A DNA stretch of 64,000 nucleotides from positions 1,920,001-1,984,000 of the forward strand of contig CAVUAK010000001.1 in the NCBI GenBank assembly GCA_963739455.1. The letters run 5' to 3'. The notes beneath the pieces are model-generated. The model saw only the letters and a list, made by a program, of their open reading frames with translations. It did not search any database and had not been told where the DNA came from. Below, one piece after another: positions 57,933 through 64,000 of this stretch. Position 1 is the first letter of the stretch; each line of letters begins with the position of its first letter. The position numbers were made by a program, and so were the translations under genes. The stretch comes from an uncultured Gemmatimonadales bacterium. GTDB lineage: Bacteria > Gemmatimonadota > Gemmatimonadetes > Gemmatimonadales > GWC2-71-9.

Positions 57933-59903
57933 ATGATCCGCCGTCGTCCGGCTCCGCTCGGCATCCTTCTCCTCGCCACAGCCTGCGCACCGAAGCCACC
58001 CGGCACAGTCCCCGTGCCTGGCGCGGGAACAGCGAGCAGCTCTGTTGCATCGCTACCAATCGCGCCTGTCACCGGTCCAACCCGCATTGTGGTGCAGTAT
58101 CCTGCGGAAGGTGGCACCATCGAGGCGCGCGATTCCACCTTCCTGCTCGGCAGCGTGGGAACGGGCGACGCCACCTTCAGCATAAACGGGCGGCCGGTAA
58201 AGGTCTGGCCCAATGGCGCCTGGCTTGCCTGGGTTCCGATTCCATTGCCTGCTGCCTTGCCGCCCGCTGGTGCCGGCTCGGACACCGTCACGTTTCGTCT
58301 CGAGGCGCGCTCGCCACGCGACTCCGCTGTGCTCGACCTGAAGGTACGCCGCGCGCTCGCCTGGCGTCCGGAGAGTGCCGGGCAGCCGTACATCGACCTG
58401 ACCTCGTTTGTCCCGACCGGCGTGGCCTGGGTTCCGGCATCGGAAGACCTTCGGCTACAGGTGCGCGGTGCACCGGGAGCGCAGGCGACGCTCGTGCTGG
58501 CCGACGGTTCCACCGTGCCGTTGACGGAGGAGCGCGGTGGTGACGACGTGCCGGTCAGCATTCGGGCCTTCGACCGGGACACCAGTAACCTGCGCGTGAG
58601 CACGAGGTCGAGTCGCTACGTCGGGATCATTCGTGGCCGGGCGTTCGGTGATTCGCTGGGACCCATGCTGGGCGTCGCCGCTCCGTCCGCCGCACCGGGT
58701 GCCTGGGCCCGCGTTCGCCTTGTGTGGCCGACGCAATCGCTCGAGGCGGTATGGCCACTTCGTGTGGCGCTGATAGACTCTACGCCCCAAGTGGTTCGCC
58801 TCGATGATGACCCCACCCACGCCGGTGGCTCCGACAGCATCACGGTCGGCCGCGCGGCCCCCGGGGCCACATACCACTGGTTCTTCCCCACTGGGACACG
58901 GAGTATCGCCGATCGACGCCAGAACAGCGACGTGCGCCTGCAACTGTCGACCGGGACACATGCCTGGGTGTCCCTCGCCGATGTGCAGGGCCTCCCCGCT
59001 GGCACCTGGCCTCCCGTGGGGCGCGTCGGGTCCCTCACGGCCAGCGTCGCCACAAATGGGACGACCGTGCGGATACCGGTTGGCGTGCGAGTGCCGTTCC
59101 AGGTCACGGAGACCGAGCGCACCGTGTCGGTCGACCTCTATGGTGCCGTGGCAGATATCGACTGGACGCGATATGCGCCGCCTGACACCCTGATCCAGCG
59201 CATTGCGTGGCGCCAGGACGGTGACATCGTGCGCATCGATGTCGACCTTGCGCGAGCGCTCTACGGATACCGCACGCGCTGGGACGGCACGGACCTCCTG
59301 CTCGAGATACGTCGTCCACCGCTGATCGATCGCGGCTCTCCCCTCAAGGGTCGGCGCATCGCCGTGGATCCGGGCCATCCGCCTGGCGGCGCGACGGGCC
59401 CCACGGGACTCCGCGAGGCCGAGGCGAATCTTGCGATCGCCCTGGAGCTACGGAAGATGCTCGAGGCCGCCGGTGCCACGGTGATCATGACCCGCACCAG
59501 TGACGTTCCACTCGACCTCGGACCCCGCGTTGCGCTCGCCGAGGCGGCCGACGCAGACGTGCTGGTGTCCATTCACAACAACGCCCTTCCCGACGGGGTG
59601 AATCCCTTCACCAACAACGGAACGTCAGTGTTCTATAACCACGGCCCCAGCCTGCCCCTCGCGCGCGCCGTCCAGCGCGGCCTGGTGCAGAATCTCGGCC
59701 TGCGCGACCTGGGCGTGGGCCGGGGCGACCTGGCGCTGGTGCGCCCGACCTGGCAACCGTCCATCCTGACCGAGGGCCTGTACATGATCGTGCCCGAACA
59801 GGAGGCGGCACTCCGTTCCAGTGAGGGACAGCGTCGGTACGCCCAGGGCGTCATCGACGGGTTGCGGTCCTGGCTGCTCGAGTACGCCCGTCACGAGATG
59901 TGA
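57933..59903 (+). CDS. N-acetylmuramoyl-L-alanine amidase (Amidase_3) lipoprotein with large N-terminal beta domains
   Basis: Lipobox LATAC; VDPGH, EAEANL, MTR, SIHNNA, SILTE Zn-amidase motifs. Confidence 0.9.
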   Translation: MIRRRPAPLGILLLATACAPKPPGTVPVPGAGTASSSVASLPIAPVTGPTRIVVQYPAEGGTIEARDSTFLLGSVGTGDATFSINGRPVKVWPNGAWLAWVPIPLPAALPPAGAGSDTVTFRLEARSPRDSAVLDLKVRRALAWRPESAGQPYIDLTSFVPTGVAWVPASEDLRLQVRGAPGAQATLVLADGSTVPLTEERGGDDVPVSIRAFDRDTSNLRVSTRSSRYVGIIRGRAFGDSLGPMLGVAAPSAAPGAWARVRLVWPTQSLEAVWPLRVALIDSTPQVVRLDDDPTHAGGSDSITVGRAAPGATYHWFFPTGTRSIADRRQNSDVRLQLSTGTHAWVSLADVQGLPAGTWPPVGRVGSLTASVATNGTTVRIPVGVRVPFQVTETERTVSVDLYGAVADIDWTRYAPPDTLIQRIAWRQDGDIVRIDVDLARALYGYRTRWDGTDLLLEIRRPPLIDRGSPLKGRRIAVDPGHPPGGATGPTGLREAEANLAIALELRKMLEAAGATVIMTRTSDVPLDLGPRVALAEAADADVLVSIHNNALPDGVNPFTNNGTSVFYNHGPSLPLARAVQRGLVQNLGLRDLGVGRGDLALVRPTWQPSILTEGLYMIVPEQEAALRSSEGQRRYAQGVIDGLRSWLLEYARHEM

Positions 59904-59936
59904 ATCCAGCACCGCCTTGAACGTCCCTGAACCTGA

Positions 59937-62249
59937 ATGCGCCTGCCACGTTCGCTCCCGCCCGTCGCTTTCGTAGCCACCACAATCTCCCCTCGTGTGT
60001 GGCTGCGCTGCGTGCTCGCGCCGGTGCTGCTTCTGGGGTCATTCGTCGCACCGCTTTCCGCACAGGACGCTGAGCAGCGGGCCAGCCTCGAGGCCTTCCG
60101 CGACTCCGTGTCCGGGACGGTCGACTCCGTCGGCCTGGAGGGGCTCGAGGATCAGTTCATTGCCGCGGCCAAGGCCGATCGCAACGATGCGATGCGGCAC
60201 TTGCGGCTCGGGTTCCTCGCGCTGCGTCTCGGGGACCTGGGTGGCTCGGGGCACTACGATGACGCGGCGTCCGAGTTCCAGTGGGCGATCGACCTGGAGC
60301 CGAACTGGCCCTACGCCTGGTACGGCATGGGGCTCGCCGAGTACGGGATCGGGGATTCTCGCGTCACGGTCGTCGCGGGCCTCAAGACCATGTTCGGCAA
60401 GGACGCCCTGGCGCGCTCCGCAGCAGCATTTGCGAAGACCGCGGAGGTCGATCCCTCGTTCGTTCGCGGCCTGGTGGAGTTGTCGAACACCGCCCTCAAG
60501 CAACGGGTCAACATCAAGCTCGATGTTGCGCTCGCGGCGCTGCGCGCATCGGCCGGTACCTCCGCAGGGAAGAATCCCGAGGTCCTGCTGGCGCGGGGCC
60601 GGGTGGAGCGTGAGGTGGGAAGCCCGGACTCGGCGGTGGCCGCCTTCTTCCGCTATCTGCAGGGTGATGGGCCCAGGCCGATCGGCGAACTGGAGCTCTC
60701 GCGCACCCAGCTCTGGCTCGGAGTCCGCGCGGCCGATTCCGGCTACTACGCCGCTGCGGCGAGTGACGATTCCGCGGTGGTCGCCATCATCCGCAACGAC
60801 CTGTTCCCCATTGCGGCAGATACGATGCTGGCGGACTACGACAACAGGCATGGGGCGTACCGGGCGGCATGGCTGCGGCAGTTCTGGGGCCCGCGCGACG
60901 ACCTGAGCATGGGGGTCTCAGGTGACCGCCTGGTCGAGCACTATCGCCGCTGGTTCTATGCGCGGCGCAATTTCGCACTCGTGACCGTCTCGCGACACTA
61001 CGACATCGCGGAGCGCTACAAGTCCGGCAGCAAGGACTTCGACGACCGTGGCATCATCTACGTGCGGCATGGTGAGCCGACGTCCCGCGTGTCGTTCAGC
61101 GGCTCAGGCCAGCGTATCGATGACCGCGTGGAACCGAACGTCTCCTGGTTCTATGTCCGGACCGACGGGGACATGTACTTCCATTTCGTGGCCCGTGAGG
61201 ACGTCCAGGACTTCCGTCTCGTCGAAAGCCTCCTTGATGTTCTGGGTTACCGGCATGCGCTGGAACTGCAGGCAGGGGCATACGAACTCCAGAACGACCC
61301 GATGGCCAAGGACCTCCTCCTGTCGAGGCAGGACTTCGCCCCGATCTACCAGCGGATACTCAACGCATCCGGGACCGGCTTCCAGCGCGCCGTCGCCCAG
61401 GAACGTCAGCTCGGTCAATACAACCTTGCACGCGGGGTGACGAGCGACTCCCACGAGCGACACTTTCCAGACGACCTCGAGGGCGCGTGCCAGGTACTGG
61501 CCGTCGGCTCGCAGGGCGACGAGCCGCTCCTCCACATCGGGTGCGCCGTCCGGGGCAAGAGCCTCGTGCCGCGAAAAGTGCCACAGGGCCTGCTCTACAC
61601 GGTCCGGTTGCGCTTCGCTGCAGCCGACCTGAACGGCCGGATCGTCGCGAGCATCGACACGACGCGTCGGTTCGTCGCGGCACAGCCGGTCCCGGACGAC
61701 GAGTACGTGGTGGGACTGGTGACGGTGCCCGCCAAGGCGGCGGGCGTGCTCGACTATCGCATCATGCTTGCCGAGGGAGACAGCGTCGGGCACGTGTTCC
61801 CGCTTCAAGTGGTGGTGGCGCCGCCCCCGCAGTCGGCGCGGCTCACCTTGAGCGACCTGGTGATCGGCAATCGCAACCATCACCTCACCTGGCGCCCGAC
61901 GCCTGCGGACACGGTGTACCTCAATCCGCTGGGGACATTCCGCCGGAGTGAAACACTTGAGTTGTACTACGAGATTGTCGGGGCCGACCCCTACGAGACG
62001 CATACGACCACGCTCGTGGTGCGGAAGGGCAGTGGCGCGGGTGCGAGCTACATGACCGGTCTCACGGCAGCGGGGTCGGCCAAGATCACGCTGAAGTTCG
62101 AGGAGCAGGCGCCGCGTGGGGTCTGGACGGCGCAGCGCAGCGTCAGCCTGGAGAAACTCAAGCCGGGCAACTACACGCTCGAGATTGTGGTCACTGCGGC
62201 GAACGGCATGAAGGACGTGCGCCGCCGCTCGTTCCGCGTGGTCAACTAG
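59937..62249 (+). CDS. Exported TPR + GWxTD-like domain protein with C-terminal Ig-like beta domains (paralog 1; start uncertain)
   Basis: Signal-like N-terminus; TPR-like EPNWPYAWYGMG; QFW..RD...RLVEHYRR..YARRNF; DDRGIIYVRHGEP; PGNYTLEIVV. Confidence 0.75.
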   Translation: MRLPRSLPPVAFVATTISPRVWLRCVLAPVLLLGSFVAPLSAQDAEQRASLEAFRDSVSGTVDSVGLEGLEDQFIAAAKADRNDAMRHLRLGFLALRLGDLGGSGHYDDAASEFQWAIDLEPNWPYAWYGMGLAEYGIGDSRVTVVAGLKTMFGKDALARSAAAFAKTAEVDPSFVRGLVELSNTALKQRVNIKLDVALAALRASAGTSAGKNPEVLLARGRVEREVGSPDSAVAAFFRYLQGDGPRPIGELELSRTQLWLGVRAADSGYYAAAASDDSAVVAIIRNDLFPIAADTMLADYDNRHGAYRAAWLRQFWGPRDDLSMGVSGDRLVEHYRRWFYARRNFALVTVSRHYDIAERYKSGSKDFDDRGIIYVRHGEPTSRVSFSGSGQRIDDRVEPNVSWFYVRTDGDMYFHFVAREDVQDFRLVESLLDVLGYRHALELQAGAYELQNDPMAKDLLLSRQDFAPIYQRILNASGTGFQRAVAQERQLGQYNLARGVTSDSHERHFPDDLEGACQVLAVGSQGDEPLLHIGCAVRGKSLVPRKVPQGLLYTVRLRFAAADLNGRIVASIDTTRRFVAAQPVPDDEYVVGLVTVPAKAAGVLDYRIMLAEGDSVGHVFPLQVVVAPPPQSARLTLSDLVIGNRNHHLTWRPTPADTVYLNPLGTFRRSETLELYYEIVGADPYETHTTTLVVRKGSGAGASYMTGLTAAGSAKITLKFEEQAPRGVWTAQRSVSLEKLKPGNYTLEIVVTAANGMKDVRRRSFRVVN

Positions 62250-62259
62250 CGGCTACGGC

Positions 62260-64000
62260 ATGCGTGTTTCGGCAATCGGCGTCGTGCTCGCCATTTCCCT
62301 GGGCCTCGGTGTGCCGCTGCTGGGGCAGGCCTCGGCACCTGCCGGCGCCGAGCGCCTGGAGGCGTGGCGCACCGCGCTGGCCGCCGAGAGCGACACGATG
62401 GTGCTGCTCCGCCTCGAGCAGGAAAAGATTGCCACGGCCAAGGTCCAGCGAGACAGCGCGCTACTGCACCTCGAGCTTGGATTCCTGGCGCTGCGCATCG
62501 GGGAACTCGGGGGCCGCAGCCACTACGAGGACGCAGCCGGCGAGTTCGAGTGGGCCATCGAGCTCGAGCCGACGTGGGCCTACCCGTGGTATGGCCTGGC
62601 GCTGACCGAGGAGGACATCGGCGACTCGCCGCTCGGGGCAGTTGCTGGCGTGCAGGCCCTGCTGAGACGGGACAAGCTGAGCCGCGCGGCAGCGGCACTG
62701 CAGCACGCGCTCGAGGTTGAGCCAGGATTCGCTCCCGCCCTGATCGAACTCTCACGCGTGGCGCTTGCCCAGCGATACAATGCCAGCCTCGCGGAGGCCC
62801 TGGCCGCCCACCGCCTCGCCGCAGGCTCGCCCGCCGAGTCGCTGCCTGCGGTGCTGCTGGCCCGTGGACGCATCGAGCGCCTCGTCGGCTCACCCGACTC
62901 GGCGCTCGCGGCGTTCCACAGCTACGCCGCGGCCGGTGGCGACATCCCGCTCGCGCTGCTCGAGGAGGCACGCACCCTGTTCGTGCTCGACTCGCTGTCG
63001 GGACAGGTGCCGTACTACGCGGGCGCATCGCTGGATGATCCGGTGGCAGTCAGCGGTTACCGCGACGACCTGGCGCCCATCGCCACGGCGGCCGAGCTGG
63101 ATGCGCTGGATGCGGCGAGTGGCCCGGCCCGGGCGCAGGTGCTGCGAGAATTCTGGACCCAGCGCGACCGGCAGGACCTGCGGGAGAATGGTGAGCGGGT
63201 TCGCCAGCACTATCAGCGATTGCGGGTTGCCCGGCTGAACTACCGCCTGGCCCTCACCAAGCGTCGCTATGACACCGACGAACGGTATCGGTCAGGCAGC
63301 CTCGAGTTCGATGATCGAGGCGTGATCTACGTCCGTCACGGCGCACCGAGCGACTCGGCGGTCTACATGGGCGTCGGATCCTGCTACAACCTCAGCTGGG
63401 TGTACCGCCGGCCGGAAGGCGACCTGATCTTCCATTTCGTGGCGCGTGACGATGTGAACGACTATCGGCTGGTGCAGAGCCTGATGGACATTGCCGACGC
63501 GGGAGGGATCCAGCGCATCGGCAACACCACCTGCACTTCCAACAACCTTTCGGAACTGCTGAACACGCGCACGAGTTTCTCGCCCATTTACGACAGGATG
63601 CACACGGCCAGCGACCTGTACTACAGCCAGCTGGTGAACGAGGATCGCGCCATGGGTATCCGGTCGATCGAGGAGGGCACGACGACCGATCGCTACCCGC
63701 TCACCTACCGCTCGCGCGCTCGAGGTGCATTCGCTCGGCGTGGCCATTGGCGAGGTTGACGGCGAGCCGTTGCTGCAGGTGGCATTTGCCGTGCGGGGAG
63801 CGACGCTGCGCCCCGACGCCGGCGCGCCCGCTGGCACCTATACCCTGCGCGTCCGGCTCGTCGCGCTCGACGCGAGCGGCCGGGTGCTCGCCTCGATCGA
63901 CTCCGCCAGGGCCTACGGTGTTGGCCAGCGGGTCAGCGACGATGGCTTCCTCGTGGGGCGCGTAGCCATGCCGGTTCCGGCCGGTCAGGTGAGCTGGCGC
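62260..64000 (+). CDS. Exported TPR + GWxTD-like domain protein (paralog 2; frameshift near 63715; runs off the window)
   Basis: Signal peptide; EPTWAYPWYGLAL; EFWTQRD...ERVRQHYQR; DDRGVIYVRHGAP; FHFVARDDVNDYRLV. Confidence 0.75.

Overview
GC-rich bacterial core-genome window. The gene repertoire and protein styles suggest Gemmatimonadota, which is an inference. Bases 1-24.5 kb hold the end of rpoB, rpoC, an inserted antisense M8/leishmanolysin-like Ig-repeat lipoprotein, and the str, S10 and spc operons through secY-adk-map; the usual infA/rpmJ/alpha operon does not follow. Bases 24.5-40.6 kb are mixed housekeeping genes: FTCD_C-like, suhB-like, trpS, a PilT-like ATPase, an M28 peptidase, purA, YpdA, a class V aminotransferase, glyQS, a His/Met-rich beta-propeller, two small unknown proteins (one ubiquitin-like), an HDAC-family deacetylase, a dipeptide epimerase and priA. 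Bases 40.6-50.5 kb carry a TonB receptor, a TIGR00300-like enzyme, Fur, CcdA, a cupredoxin, an ABC exporter, a glycine-zipper lipoprotein and ggt. Bases 50.6-64 kb form a peptidoglycan-recycling and envelope cluster: murQ-anmK-nagZ converging on PP2C / FHA-pseudoprotease / ampG, which diverges from an amidase and two tandem TPR/GWxTD-like paralogs. More than 20 single-base frameshifts, several in essential genes, look like long-read assembly errors rather than pseudogenes. I saw no rRNA, tRNA, CRISPR array or mobile element. The best candidates for undescribed biology are the PP2C / FHA-TM-dead protease / AmpG unit, the small ubiquitin-like gene pair before the HDAC, and the tandem GWxTD-like genes. 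All family assignments come from motif recognition by eye; no database searches were run.
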